DNA from: Candidatus Melainabacteria bacterium
Lineage (GTDB): Bacteria > Cyanobacteriota > Vampirovibrionia > Vampirovibrionales > Vampirovibrionaceae
Assembly (NCBI GenBank): GCA_050247195.1
Contig: JBFWUP010000004.1
Coordinates: 187,522 to 251,521 of the forward strand
Direction of reading: 5' to 3'
Length of the DNA: 64,000 nt
A program made the translations under genes and the position numbers. The notes below the pieces were generated by a model that worked only from the letters and a program-made list of their open reading frames with translations, searched no databases and was not told where the DNA came from. Below, in pieces: positions 27,879 through 37,982 of the stretch (the first letter of the stretch is position 1; the number at the start of each line of letters is the position of its first letter).

Positions 27879-29792
27879 TTAGTGTCCCGGCGCCGCCTGC
27901 GCGGAAACCCGGGATTTAAAATACTCCACCACGCCATCGGCTATGGCGCTGGCGGTGGCCTGCTTACGCTGGTAACTCTGCAGTGCGCGCAACTCACCCG
28001 GGTTGGAGACATAGCCCACTTCGCACAGAATGGAGGGCGCCACCGTGTGATGAATGACATAGAACATGGCCCGGCGCACCCCGCGATCCGGGGCATCCAC
28101 TTTGTTGGCGATGTGTTTATGAACCTTCTGGGCCAGCGCCAGACTTTTGCCCGTGTAATAGTAGGTCTCCACACCATTCAGCGCCGCATTGACGGAAGCA
28201 TTGTGGTGAATGCTGATGAAGATATCCGGGTTGGCCTTATTGGCAATGGCGGAGATGGTGGGCAGCGGCAGAAAGACATCGGAGGAACGGGTGGTGCTGA
28301 CTTTAAATCCGCGTTTGGACAGTTCATCACGCACCATCAGCGCCAGGCTCAGGTTGAGATCTTTCTCAAGCACGCCGCTGCGCATGGCGCCGTTGTCCTT
28401 ACCGCCATGGCCGGCATCCACCACAATACGGGCAGGCCAGGGGGCCTTGGCCAGCCCGGCGGGCGACACCGAGGGCGACGGGTTTTCCACGACCACTTCC
28501 AGCACGCGATCGTTGTTGGTCAGCCGGGTATCCACAAACAGGCCCGGGTTTTTCAGTTCCAGCACCAGTTTACTGTTGGGCTGGCCCGCCGTCAGGGACT
28601 GAATCTTCACAAAGTTCAGCCCCGGGACGCTGGCTTTATCAAAGGGAATCCAGGCGGGCTGCGCAGCGAGGTTCAGCAGATCCAGATAAACCCGGTCCTC
28701 CGTTTTAAGCACCCGGTGAACAATGGGCACCGAGCTGGCGAGGCGGATAATGCTGGAACCATCCTCCTGTTTTTCCACGGAGATGTTCTGGACCACTCCC
28801 AGCTCCACATCGGCCGGCAGGTTGCTTACAGAGGTGTCCAGCCGGTCGCCGAGGTAGGCCACTGACTGATCGCGCCCCGGGTAAATCAGCTGGATGGACT
28901 CGGGATGATCCGTCTCAATCACCAGACGAACCGTCTCCTCATCAAACTGACCCACACGCACCTGGCGGATGGTCGGGCTGTCCACGGGAATGGCCTTAAG
29001 CAGCTCCTTGTTCCCCACCACGGCCTCGTCCAGATCCACCACCAGACGGCCGGGATTCTGGAGAACGAAACGCTGCTTCACACTGAGACTGGATCCGGGC
29101 CGCGTTTTCAGGGTCAGGGCGCCATCGCGGAAGAAGATATCTTCCACCACGTTCAGATCCGGCCGGGGGTGATCCAGGACCGGGGCCGTCATGGCGGGTT
29201 GCGCGGGCATGGGCGGCAGGCCTGCTTTGCCGTTTGCCGGCACCTGCGCCAGTGGGCTGGCTGCGCCGGGAATGCCCGGCACATCTTCCAGACTCAGCAT
29301 CAGGGCGTTGTCCTGATAAAACGTGTTGATCCGCCAGAGCGTGTCGGCGTCATCCACAAAAATGGTGAGGCGCGCGGCATGGTAAAAGGCGGTCTCTTTC
29401 TGTTCCACCTGAACCGAGCGGATACCGTTGCGGTTGATCGTCAGTTCCCGCTGAGAAAGCTCCACATCGGTATTGGGCATATCCACAATCACCCGGTAGG
29501 GGTTGGTGAGTTTGAGCACCGTAAACTGTTTGGCCACGGTGGTGGCGAAATTGCCGAATCCTTCCACCGCCAGAATTTTCCGGACGGGATCCGGATGAAT
29601 ACTGGTGATGGTGAATGGCGGCTGCTGGGCGGCCTGCGGAGCCACCGGCTTTGATTTGAGACCCGCATAGGCCGGGTGGGAGATCGTCATCCCGGACAGC
29701 ATCAGTGCGGCAGTCAGCGAAACCCCAGCCATGCGACGACCCAAGCGGTTCAGCCAACCCGGTGTCCGGGCGCACCCATTGATGATACTCAT
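27879..29792 (-). CDS. N-acetylmuramoyl-L-alanine amidase with AMIN domains
   Basis: Signal peptide, LTNPYRVIVD and LQNPGRLVVD AMIN motifs, VDAGHGGKD, EKDLNL, SIHHNA, ILCEVGY. Confidence 0.92.
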   Translation of the reverse strand: MSIINGCARTPGWLNRLGRRMAGVSLTAALMLSGMTISHPAYAGLKSKPVAPQAAQQPPFTITSIHPDPVRKILAVEGFGNFATTVAKQFTVLKLTNPYRVIVDMPNTDVELSQRELTINRNGIRSVQVEQKETAFYHAARLTIFVDDADTLWRINTFYQDNALMLSLEDVPGIPGAASPLAQVPANGKAGLPPMPAQPAMTAPVLDHPRPDLNVVEDIFFRDGALTLKTRPGSSLSVKQRFVLQNPGRLVVDLDEAVVGNKELLKAIPVDSPTIRQVRVGQFDEETVRLVIETDHPESIQLIYPGRDQSVAYLGDRLDTSVSNLPADVELGVVQNISVEKQEDGSSIIRLASSVPIVHRVLKTEDRVYLDLLNLAAQPAWIPFDKASVPGLNFVKIQSLTAGQPNSKLVLELKNPGLFVDTRLTNNDRVLEVVVENPSPSVSPAGLAKAPWPARIVVDAGHGGKDNGAMRSGVLEKDLNLSLALMVRDELSKRGFKVSTTRSSDVFLPLPTISAIANKANPDIFISIHHNASVNAALNGVETYYYTGKSLALAQKVHKHIANKVDAPDRGVRRAMFYVIHHTVAPSILCEVGYVSNPGELRALQSYQRKQATASAIADGVVEYFKSRVSAQAAPGH

Positions 29793-30035
29793 TGATACCT
29801 ATCCTTTTCCAAAAAAGCCGCTGACTCTGAATCCGGTAATGATGAGGGGTGTCACCCCGGCATGAGGATGCCGGAAAACCGGCCGGGTTCCCACTGCTGT
29901 CCGGTGGGTTTCTCTCACCCATACACCTGTGCAGAACGCCATGCAGAACGGTGCCTGATACAGGACGCTCCGTCTAACAGTGTAACGGGTTTTTTACAAA
30001 AATAAAAGACTCCCGGCCCGGACCCGCAGCGCGAA

Positions 30036-31280
30036 TCAGCCCAGCCCCTGAGACCCCTGGAAAGCCCCGCGCATCATCTGATGGAGCTCCGACTTGTTCT
30101 CCGAGATGGACAGCGCATCCTCAGCCTTGATCAGCTGGTTGCGGCAGGCCATATATAAGGAGTGATTCAGACTGCAGGTGCCTTCAAATTCACCGGCCTT
30201 CAGCAGCTGATAAATCTCATCCATCTCTTCGCGCATAATATAGTCGCGAATGGCGGGACTGACGACCATGATTTCCGCCACGGCGAGACGGCCCTGACCT
30301 TCGGCGCGCTTGACCAGACGCTGGGAGATGGTGCCCTGAAGCACGCCGGCCAGCTGATGGCGGATGGCGTCACGCTCGTAGGGCTCAAAAGCGTTGATGA
30401 TACGGTTGATGGTCTGCACGCTGTCCACAGTGTGCAGGGTGGAGAAAACCAGGTGACCGGTTTCCGAGGCGTGCAGGGCAGCCATCATCGTCTCGCGGTC
30501 GCGCATCTCGCCAATCAGCAGCACATCCGGATCCTGACGCAGAGCGTACTTGACGCCGTTGGGAAAAGAATCCGTGTCCAGTCCCAGCTGACGCTGGGTC
30601 ACGATGGAACTGCGGCTCTGATAGACAAATTCAACGGGATCTTCCAGGGTGATGATGTGCTTCTGGCGCTTCTCATTAATCGTGTTCAGCATGGCGGCCA
30701 GCGTGGTGGTTTTACCGGAACCGGTCGGCCCGGTGACCAGCACCAGCCCCTGGTTCAGCTCGGTAAAGCGCTCAATGACCGGCGGGTGGCCCAGTTCTGA
30801 AAGCGAAGGGATTTTCAGCGGAATGAGACGCAGCACCATCCCCAGGCGGTTCATCTCGTAGAAGAGGTTCACCCGGAAGCGGACAGAATTTTCAAACTGA
30901 ATGCCGAAATCGAAATCGGAGCGGTTTTTCAGGCGCGGCAGAATGTTGGCCGGAATAATGGTTTTGGCGAACTTCATCATGTCGCGCTCACTCAGAGGCG
31001 CCAGACGGGTCTGCACCATCTCGCCATCCTTACGCAGGGTGGGCGGGGTGCCTACGCGCAGGTGAATGTCCGATACGCCCTGGGCAATGGCCATGCGCAT
31101 AAAGGTGTCGAAATCGAAGGCAATTTCCTGCTCCTCGGCAGAAGCCGGGCGGGCAGGGGCGGGGGCTGTGGCCACATTCTGAGCCGCCTGCGCCAGCATT
31201 TCCGCTGGAATCGGCATGTCCAGCGTTTCGGGGATATAGTCCTCTTCAGGCTGTGGACCGGGCGGTGCGCTCGGTGTCAT
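30036..31280 (-). CDS. pilT: PilT/PilU-family type IV pilus ATPase
   Basis: SDIHL, GPTGSGKTTT, TLEDPVE, ALRQDPD, GEMRD, ETGHLVFSTLH. Confidence 0.88.
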   Translation of the reverse strand: MTPSAPPGPQPEEDYIPETLDMPIPAEMLAQAAQNVATAPAPARPASAEEQEIAFDFDTFMRMAIAQGVSDIHLRVGTPPTLRKDGEMVQTRLAPLSERDMMKFAKTIIPANILPRLKNRSDFDFGIQFENSVRFRVNLFYEMNRLGMVLRLIPLKIPSLSELGHPPVIERFTELNQGLVLVTGPTGSGKTTTLAAMLNTINEKRQKHIITLEDPVEFVYQSRSSIVTQRQLGLDTDSFPNGVKYALRQDPDVLLIGEMRDRETMMAALHASETGHLVFSTLHTVDSVQTINRIINAFEPYERDAIRHQLAGVLQGTISQRLVKRAEGQGRLAVAEIMVVSPAIRDYIMREEMDEIYQLLKAGEFEGTCSLNHSLYMACRNQLIKAEDALSISENKSELHQMMRGAFQGSQGLG

Positions 31281-32577
31281 GACAAGAGATTCCTATGGTC
31301 GTCTGCAGGGTGTCTCCATTCCCCCTTAAGTATGACCGAAGGACCTCGGGGACCGTCACCTCCTGATGACTGATTTGGTAGTTTTCCAGAATGGCGGCCA
31401 GGGTTCGGCCCACAGCCAGCCCGGACCCGTTCAGCGTATAGAGGAAAGCCGGCTTGCCGGTCTCCGTACTGCGGTAACGCAGGTTGGCCCGCCGCGCCTG
31501 AAAATCCGTGAACAGACTGCAGCTTGAGATTTCCCGGTAAACGCCCTGGGCAGGCATCCATACTTCCAGGTCGTAGCACTTGGCGGCCCCAAAGCCCAGA
31601 TCAGCCGTGCACAGTTCCACCACCCGGTAGGGCAGTTCCAGACGCTGCAGAATCCGCTCGGCATCGGCCACCAGTTGCGCATGGGCAGCCAGTCCCTCCT
31701 CCGGACGGACCAGCTGGACCAGCTCAACCTTGTCAAACTGGTGTTGGCGGATCAGACCGCGCGTATCCCGTCCGGCAGCCCCGGCTTCGCGCCGGAAACA
31801 GGGCGTATAGGCGCAGAATTTCATCGGCAGCTGGCTTTCATCCAGCAACTCATCCCGGTACAGATTGGTCACCGGCACTTCGGCCGTCGGGATCAGGTAA
31901 AGCGCGTCATCGCGGCAGCGAAACATATCCTCCTCAAACTTCGGCAGCTGCCCGGTGCCGGTCATCGTCTGGGCGTTCACCAGAAAAGGCGGCAGCACCT
32001 CTTCGTAGCCGGCCCCGGCGTGGGTATCCAGCATAAAACTAATCAGCGCACGCTCCAGCCGGGCGCCATCCCCACGCATCACTGTGAAGCGGGACTGGGC
32101 GACTTTCACGCCGCGCTCAAAATCCAGAATACCCATGGCGGGGCCGATGTCGTAGTGGTTCAGCGCATCGGCACAGTAGCGGGTTTTGTATTCATCGCCC
32201 CAGGTGCGTATCAGGACGTTGTCTTCCTCACTGGCGCCCTGCGGCACATCGGCCAGCGGGGTGTTGGGCATCGTCAGAAGAATATGGTCCTGCTGTTCCG
32301 CCAGCTGATCTTTTTCGCTCTCAATGGCTTTAATCCGCTCGCCCAGGGCCTTGGTTTCCACCTGAATGGCGCTGGTGTCCTGCCCCTCGCGTTTGGCCTG
32401 GGCAATGGATTGGGTCAGCTGGTTACGCTGACTGCGCAGGACCTCCTCCTCCTGAAGGAGTTCGCGGCGGCGGGCATCCAGGGCTAAAACCGCATCCACC
32501 GAAAGATCCCCGTTGCGGCGTTTCAGCAATGCATTCACCGCATCAGCATTCTCACGGATCCGCTTGATATCCAGCAT
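31246..32577 (-). CDS. serS: Serine--tRNA ligase
   Basis: MLDIKRIR, GTGQLPKF, LIPTAEVP, FRREAG, GLIRQHQFDKVE, TLNGSGLAVGR. Confidence 0.97.
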   Translation of the reverse strand: MLDIKRIRENADAVNALLKRRNGDLSVDAVLALDARRRELLQEEEVLRSQRNQLTQSIAQAKREGQDTSAIQVETKALGERIKAIESEKDQLAEQQDHILLTMPNTPLADVPQGASEEDNVLIRTWGDEYKTRYCADALNHYDIGPAMGILDFERGVKVAQSRFTVMRGDGARLERALISFMLDTHAGAGYEEVLPPFLVNAQTMTGTGQLPKFEEDMFRCRDDALYLIPTAEVPVTNLYRDELLDESQLPMKFCAYTPCFRREAGAAGRDTRGLIRQHQFDKVELVQLVRPEEGLAAHAQLVADAERILQRLELPYRVVELCTADLGFGAAKCYDLEVWMPAQGVYREISSCSLFTDFQARRANLRYRSTETGKPAFLYTLNGSGLAVGRTLAAILENYQISHQEVTVPEVLRSYLRGNGDTLQTTIGISCHDTERTARSTA

Positions 32578-32683
32578 GACTCATCGTCCTTCACAAATTC
32601 ACAGAGGCGGGCCCTGCAAAAGCAGGAAACCCCCATACTATTACAAAAGTGGTTACACCCGCCAAAAGCCTGCACTGGCCGGG

Positions 32684-32821
32684 TCAGTACTTGGCCGCTT
32701 CCACCAGGGTCATCACATACAGCGCCACGGCGCCCAGCACCACCACAATAATGGCCGTATTAATGAGGTAGGAGGTGTACTTTAAAAAGAGGAGATACAG
32801 CTTCTGCCGGTCAAAGGCCAT
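32684..32821 (-). CDS. Small single-pass membrane protein (45 aa)
   Basis: Below the ORF-track cutoff. MAFDRQKLYLLFLKYTSYLINTAIIVVVLGAVALYVMTLVEAAKY, with host-like GC3 codons. Confidence 0.6.
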   Translation of the reverse strand: MAFDRQKLYLLFLKYTSYLINTAIIVVVLGAVALYVMTLVEAAKY

Positions 32822-32894
32822 GGGGTTTCATCCGAATCATCAATGAGTACCTGGCAAGCCAGACGGGGCGAAACTGCCGGGAGAAAGGGAACCA

Positions 32895-33590
32895 ATGCGC
32901 GCCACCCTCCACCATTGTAACGAGCATCGCGGATTCCGGGTAGCCCTCACCGGCCTGCTGGTCTGTCTACTGTTTGCAGGCAGCCTCCTGTCCCGGGCCG
33001 CAGCGGCAGAAGATGACGACTGGCCTGTTGCCGAGGATTTCACGGGCGTCTACCGGGATCCGACCGGGGAGCAGGCCGAGAAAATCATGCAGCAGATGGC
33101 GCGGCAGAAAGCCGAACACCCGCCGGGCAAGGTGAAAAGACTCTGGTACCGGCTGATGGGCATCCGCGAACTGCCGGGGGATGGGAACACGGACCACATC
33201 ACCCAGGTCGGCCCGCAGGCGCATCCGGCCAGCAGCGCTCCCATACTGGCGCTGACAGCGCCTCTGCGCTGGAACGGCGTCCTGATTCCGATAGGGTTCT
33301 ACCGCGTGGATCAGAACAGCCTCAGTGAAACGGAGCGGCTGATCACCCTGAGCCGCGAAGGCCACCTGATGGCCAGAATGCAGCTGCACCTGGCCGGCAG
33401 CAGCCAGGAGCCGGTAGAAGCGCTGAACGCCGGCAAACAGAAAACCCCTGTAACCACCCAGTTGCAGGCGGTACTATCACCCGACCACCGGCAAATGGTG
33501 GTGGTGATGAAGAGCGGCGACCAGCTCTTTCAGAGCGACCGACTGCCCACCGCCGTGGAGAAACCGGAAGCCGGGCCGGATGCGGAGTAA
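32895..33590 (+). CDS. Hypothetical exported protein
   Basis: Signal-peptide-like N-terminus (VALTGLLVCLLFAGSLLSRAAAA). Confidence 0.6.
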   Translation: MRATLHHCNEHRGFRVALTGLLVCLLFAGSLLSRAAAAEDDDWPVAEDFTGVYRDPTGEQAEKIMQQMARQKAEHPPGKVKRLWYRLMGIRELPGDGNTDHITQVGPQAHPASSAPILALTAPLRWNGVLIPIGFYRVDQNSLSETERLITLSREGHLMARMQLHLAGSSQEPVEALNAGKQKTPVTTQLQAVLSPDHRQMVVVMKSGDQLFQSDRLPTAVEKPEAGPDAE

Positions 33591-33600
33591 GTAACAACCG

Positions 33601-34590
33601 TCAGCCGGCTGGTGGGGCGAGATCGATAAAATCAACGCCTATCGCCTGGAAAGCCTGTTTCAGGTTGGCGTCCACATGGCGCATCAGGGCGTCGGGCGGC
33701 TGTCCGAAGGCCTGGCAGGCTTGCATCAGATAGTGATCCGGCTGCTGGTGTTCCTTATAAAGCTGACTAACCATGATCTGCATGTTCCGGTTGTTGCGGA
33801 ACCGTTCCCAACGGTTGAGCCTGCGCCATTTCTCATTGTACAGATCCTGACAGATCCGCATATGGCGCTGTTCATCCCATTCGTAAATGGTTTTACACAG
33901 ATCCCGGAACAGAGGCTCGGAGCAATGACGCCCGAAAAAGTCAAAGAAAGCGCCTCCAATGGCTTCCACCGCCAGCACGGAAAACACCCCCACGGCTGGC
34001 ATACGGCTGCTCACCAACCCCAGCCCGTCAAACCGCTGCTCCACCGATTTGCTGAGCACCACTTCCCCTCCGAGTTTTTCACGCATATAGCGTTCAAACA
34101 GGTGGGCATGTTTGGCTTCATCATTAATAAAGGCCGTCATGGCGTGCTGAATGGTGGGATCATGTTTGTATGTCCTCACGGCGGTCGTCAGGGGGGCCAC
34201 GGACATCTGCTCGGTGCCGAGGGCATGGTTGGTGATGTCCACCAGCGCCTGAAACTGACGATCGGCGATGGCGGTTTTCATTGCAGCCAGGGCGTCGGCA
34301 TCCTGGGGCAACCCGTGCCGACGAAACTGTGCCTGCAGTTCCTCAGGGTATGACGTCACCGGCAACGCCACCGTAGCCAGACGGGTCAGCCCTTCAGGCG
34401 AAAGGGCATCCAGTGATTTTTTAAGGCCCTGACGCACGTCCCGAGTCCAGTCAAACCGCTCATCGCCGAAGAAATTACGGTGAAAATCATCCACATGCGG
34501 CTGAAAATCCGTCCGGGTCCGGTGCCAGTAACTGTCCATCGGCCGGCTGGGTTCACTGCTGGGCCGCGGCTGGCCCGCCCGGGCAAACAT
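33601..34590 (-). CDS. Ferritin-like di-iron protein
   Basis: Paired ExxH motifs (DEAKH, DEQRH) with preceding glutamates (GTEQ, AVEA). Start uncertain (34590 or 34539). Confidence 0.7.
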   Translation of the reverse strand: MFARAGQPRPSSEPSRPMDSYWHRTRTDFQPHVDDFHRNFFGDERFDWTRDVRQGLKKSLDALSPEGLTRLATVALPVTSYPEELQAQFRRHGLPQDADALAAMKTAIADRQFQALVDITNHALGTEQMSVAPLTTAVRTYKHDPTIQHAMTAFINDEAKHAHLFERYMREKLGGEVVLSKSVEQRFDGLGLVSSRMPAVGVFSVLAVEAIGGAFFDFFGRHCSEPLFRDLCKTIYEWDEQRHMRICQDLYNEKWRRLNRWERFRNNRNMQIMVSQLYKEHQQPDHYLMQACQAFGQPPDALMRHVDANLKQAFQAIGVDFIDLAPPAG

Positions 34591-34877
34591 CAATACGTTT
34601 TTCGCTTCCGTCAGCACAGTTTCAGCCCTCACCGGATGAATCCCACCCCCTGTTCTGATCAGGGGCCCTCCGGCAACAAAATAACACAAAGACACCTCAG
34701 CCGCCAAGGCGAACCCGGGCCATCAGGGAAAGGCCCAAGCCTTGGATCCGCTGGCGTTTGGGGTATCTTTGTGTCATAAATACGCCAACGCATTTCAATG
34801 GGGTTTCAACTGCCAGACACTGCGTTCTATTTGTAAGGAAACCAACCGTGACAGACAAAGCCAGAAAGGTACCACCC

Positions 34878-36245
34878 ATGACCCAAGTGAAGACCCCGCC
34901 GGCTTCCAAGGAGTCCAAACGCTCCATTAAGGAACTGCTGGACGAAGCCAAAGCCAAAAAAGTACGCCGCGTCCGACTGCAGTTTGTGGACATGCACGGT
35001 CATCCCAAAAACATGACCATCCACGCCGACCAGCTGGAAAAAGCGCTGAACAACGAAATGATGCTGGATGGCTCATCCATCTCCGGTTTCCGCACCATTG
35101 AAACCTCCGACATGATTTTTGTGCCGGATCGCGACACCTTCCAGGTGATGCCCTGGGAAGAAAACGGCGCCGGCGTCGCCCGCGTCATCTGTGATGTGTA
35201 CAACCCGGACGGCACACCGTTTGACGGCTGCCCCCGCAACAACCTGAAACGCGTGCTCGCCGATGCCCGCAAACTGGGTTTTGTCTTCAACGTAGGTCCC
35301 GAACTCGAGTTCTTCTTTTTCAAAAAAGGACCGGACGGGGAAATCACCACCGAAACCCACGACGTGGCGGGTTACTACGACCTGGGCCCCAACGACCGGG
35401 GCGAACTGGTGCGTGGCGAAATTGCCGACGTGCTGGAACAGCTCGATTTTGAAATGGAAGCCGAGCACCACGAAGTAGCCAAAGGGCAGCACGAGATTGA
35501 CTTCAAATACTCGGATGCTCTGACCCAGGCCGACCGCGTGACCACCGCTAAAATCATCACCCGCCGCATTGCCGCTCTCAACGGCCTGCATGCCACCTTC
35601 CTGCCCAAGCCGGTGTTTGGCGTGAACGGCAGCGGCATGCACTGCAATATGTCGCTGGGCGCGCTGGATGGTAAAAACGTCTTCTTTGACGAGAAAGGCG
35701 ACTACCAGCTGAGCCAGGAAGCCCTGTGGTTTATCGGCGGCATTGTCAAACACATCCGTGGCATCACGGCGCTGACCAACCCGCTGGTGAACAGCTACAA
35801 ACGCCTGGTGCCCGGTTACGAGGCCCCGGTGTACGTGGCCTGGAGTGCGATGAACCGCAGCGCGCTGCTCCGCGTGCCGGCCAAGCGTGGCCCCGGCACC
35901 CGTGTGGAAGTGCGCTCGCCTGACCCGGCCGCCAACCCTTACCTGGCGTTCGCTGCGCTGCTGACCGCAGGTCTGGATGGCGTGAAGAACAAGATTGAGC
36001 CGCCGGAACCGGTGAGCACCAACATCTACAAACTCAGTACCGAAGAGCGCGCGCAGCAGGATATTCTCTCGCTGCCCGGCAGCCTGTTTGAGGCGCTGGA
36101 AGAGTTCAAGAAAAGTGAAGTCGCCAAGGAAGCTCTGGGCGAACACATTTACGCTGAATTCATCAACGCCAAAACCAAAGAATGGGATGCTTACCGGACC
36201 TACGTTTCTCCGTGGGAGCTGGATGAGTACCTCGGTATTTACTAA
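34878..36245 (+). CDS. glnA: Glutamine synthetase type I
   Basis: DGSSISGF, GPELEFF, HHEVAKGQHEIDF, ATFLPKP, NGSGMH, NSYKRLVPGYEAP, EVRSPDP. Confidence 0.97.
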   Translation: MTQVKTPPASKESKRSIKELLDEAKAKKVRRVRLQFVDMHGHPKNMTIHADQLEKALNNEMMLDGSSISGFRTIETSDMIFVPDRDTFQVMPWEENGAGVARVICDVYNPDGTPFDGCPRNNLKRVLADARKLGFVFNVGPELEFFFFKKGPDGEITTETHDVAGYYDLGPNDRGELVRGEIADVLEQLDFEMEAEHHEVAKGQHEIDFKYSDALTQADRVTTAKIITRRIAALNGLHATFLPKPVFGVNGSGMHCNMSLGALDGKNVFFDEKGDYQLSQEALWFIGGIVKHIRGITALTNPLVNSYKRLVPGYEAPVYVAWSAMNRSALLRVPAKRGPGTRVEVRSPDPAANPYLAFAALLTAGLDGVKNKIEPPEPVSTNIYKLSTEERAQQDILSLPGSLFEALEEFKKSEVAKEALGEHIYAEFINAKTKEWDAYRTYVSPWELDEYLGIY

Positions 36246-36265
36246 GACCCGAATCTTCTTAAATG

Positions 36266-36305
36266 AAACCCCCGCCAAACGTCAATTTAGCGGGGGTTTT
36301 TATTT
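36266..36305 (+). terminator. glnA terminator
   Basis: AAACCCCCGC...GCGGGGGTTTT plus T-rich tail. Confidence 0.8.
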
Positions 36306-36394
36306 GTACTGTTTTGGTTTCCACTGCCACTTTCCGATCTGCTGCGCCTGCGCGCGGGGACTCATTCCTGTTGCAAACAAGCTATAATAGTGAG

Positions 36395-36808
36395 GTGAAA
36401 GACGATCTCGACAACCAGTTTGCTAAGACGGCAACGCGAGTTATTCTCGCAATTTCCACAGGAATACTTGTCGTTGTTTTAGCAATCTGGTCGATGTTTA
36501 TCTTCACCGCTCCTAAGGCCAGCGACTACACCAAAGAGAAAGCGTTGAAGCGAGCCATTCCGGAACTAGCTGCTTTTGCAAAAGAAGAAGGTTTACCCTT
36601 TCAGGAATTCGAAGGCCACGCTTTTATTGCACGCTTTGGTCTCGATTTCACTACATATGATGTTTGCTACAAGCACAATAAGCAGATCTTTTGCTTCGAT
36701 GACTGGACAAATCGAACTGCTATATGGAATATTGATTCGGAACTCGATGACGACTATCGTCAGGAATTTGAGCGCGCTTTTCATCAGAAATTATTAGTAG
36801 GTAACTAG
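36395..36808 (+). CDS. Putative immunity protein 1 (N-terminal TM anchor, periplasmic domain with 2 Cys)
   Basis: 137 aa from GTG. First 51 aa identical to 37569-37982. Convergent with, and overlapping by 15 bp, the orphan toxin tip. Confidence 0.7.
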   Translation: MKDDLDNQFAKTATRVILAISTGILVVVLAIWSMFIFTAPKASDYTKEKALKRAIPELAAFAKEEGLPFQEFEGHAFIARFGLDFTTYDVCYKHNKQIFCFDDWTNRTAIWNIDSELDDDYRQEFERAFHQKLLVGN

Positions 36809-37548
36809 TCTTTTATAAACGGAATGAGTATTGGAAAGAGCATAAATCCTGTAATCATTTCCCAGGTTCAGTTTGTTAACTGTTCTAACAACAGGCTCAA
36901 CATAGAATTCTCTACTGTTGGGATTAAAATCAAATTCATCAAACTCGTTTCGTCTTTCTTGTCCTTTTCTTGGTTCAACATGGCTATTGATTTCTATTGT
37001 TTGGTTATCGTGTCTCACAAAAACTATAGTATTCGTCATGTCGAATGTCAGGTTTCCAAACATCCAAAATCGTGGACTGTTCTTTGGGATATAGGCTCGA
37101 ACGCTACTAAACGCAGTCTTAAAATGTATAGTCGTCACAGTGTTGTTCGTCTCTCGGACAACGGACACATCCTTGCCGTGCCGCTTAAAGAATTGCTGAA
37201 CACGGGCAGGACTGTTGTTGAGGTTCGTGATCACCGCAATTGTATCGGGGTGGATACCCTGTAATAGCTTTTCAGGGTCAACACTGTCGGAAAAACTCAG
37301 ACCGCGAAGATCAATCTCAACCGGCTGTCCATTCCCCTGAAAGTAATGGTCCCATAGTTTGTTGTTCAGGTCATACGCATTTTCATACCGGATGAGTTTT
37401 CTGGGTCGGAAGATTGTTTTAGTTTTGGTTGCTGGCTGAATGGGCATCGCTTTTGCCTTGCTTGGTTCAGGTGGCTTTACCTGCTGCTCCCCCGCCGCGC
37501 GGGCCTGCCTGCGCGCCTCGTACTACCGCCAGCGGATCTCCTGCGCCT
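36794..37548 (-). pseudogene. Orphan colicin M-like toxin C-terminal module
   Basis: Copy of the 3' part of 37965-39629 with no N-terminus and an in-frame TAG at 37523-37525. Open from 37447 to the stop. HYFQGNG, FGNLTF, DEFDFNPNSR, GNDYRI. Confidence 0.75.
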
Positions 37549-37568
37549 AAACAAGCTATAATAGTGAG

Positions 37569-37982
37569 GTGAAAGACGATCTCGACAACCAGTTTGCTAA
37601 GACGGCAACGCGAGTTATTCTCGCAATTTCAACAGGAATACTTGTCGTTGTTTTAGCAATCTGGTCGATGTTTATCTTCACCGCTCCTAAGGCCAGCGAC
37701 TACACCAAAGAGAAAGCGTTGGAACATGCAAAGCCGTACTTAAAAGAATTTTCTTTAAAAAAGCATATCTCTTTAGATGATTTTGAAGGCCCGGTATTTC
37801 AACAATCTCTTGGGCAGGAATTCCCTACTTATGTTGTGTGTTACAAAAACAAGCACTACATATTTTGCTTCGAACATTGGATGAATACATGGTATTACAA
37901 TGATCTGAGTTTGCCACATGAACCTTATATGCAGAAACATCTTGATGAGTTGTTTCAAAAGACATCAGAAAGAGAATCTTGA
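37569..37982 (+). CDS. Putative immunity protein 2 (cognate to the full-length toxin)
   Basis: 137 aa, TM RVILAISTGILVVVLAIWSMFIF, YVVCYK...IFCF. Convergent with, and overlapping by 18 bp, the toxin gene. Confidence 0.7.
   Translation: MKDDLDNQFAKTATRVILAISTGILVVVLAIWSMFIFTAPKASDYTKEKALEHAKPYLKEFSLKKHISLDDFEGPVFQQSLGQEFPTYVVCYKNKHYIFCFEHWMNTWYYNDLSLPHEPYMQKHLDELFQKTSERES

Noticed and set aside
34720-34877. NtcA, GlnR box or glutamine riboswitch upstream of glnA
   Set aside because: No convincing GTA-N8-TAC, TGTNA-N7-TNACA or riboswitch consensus found by eye.
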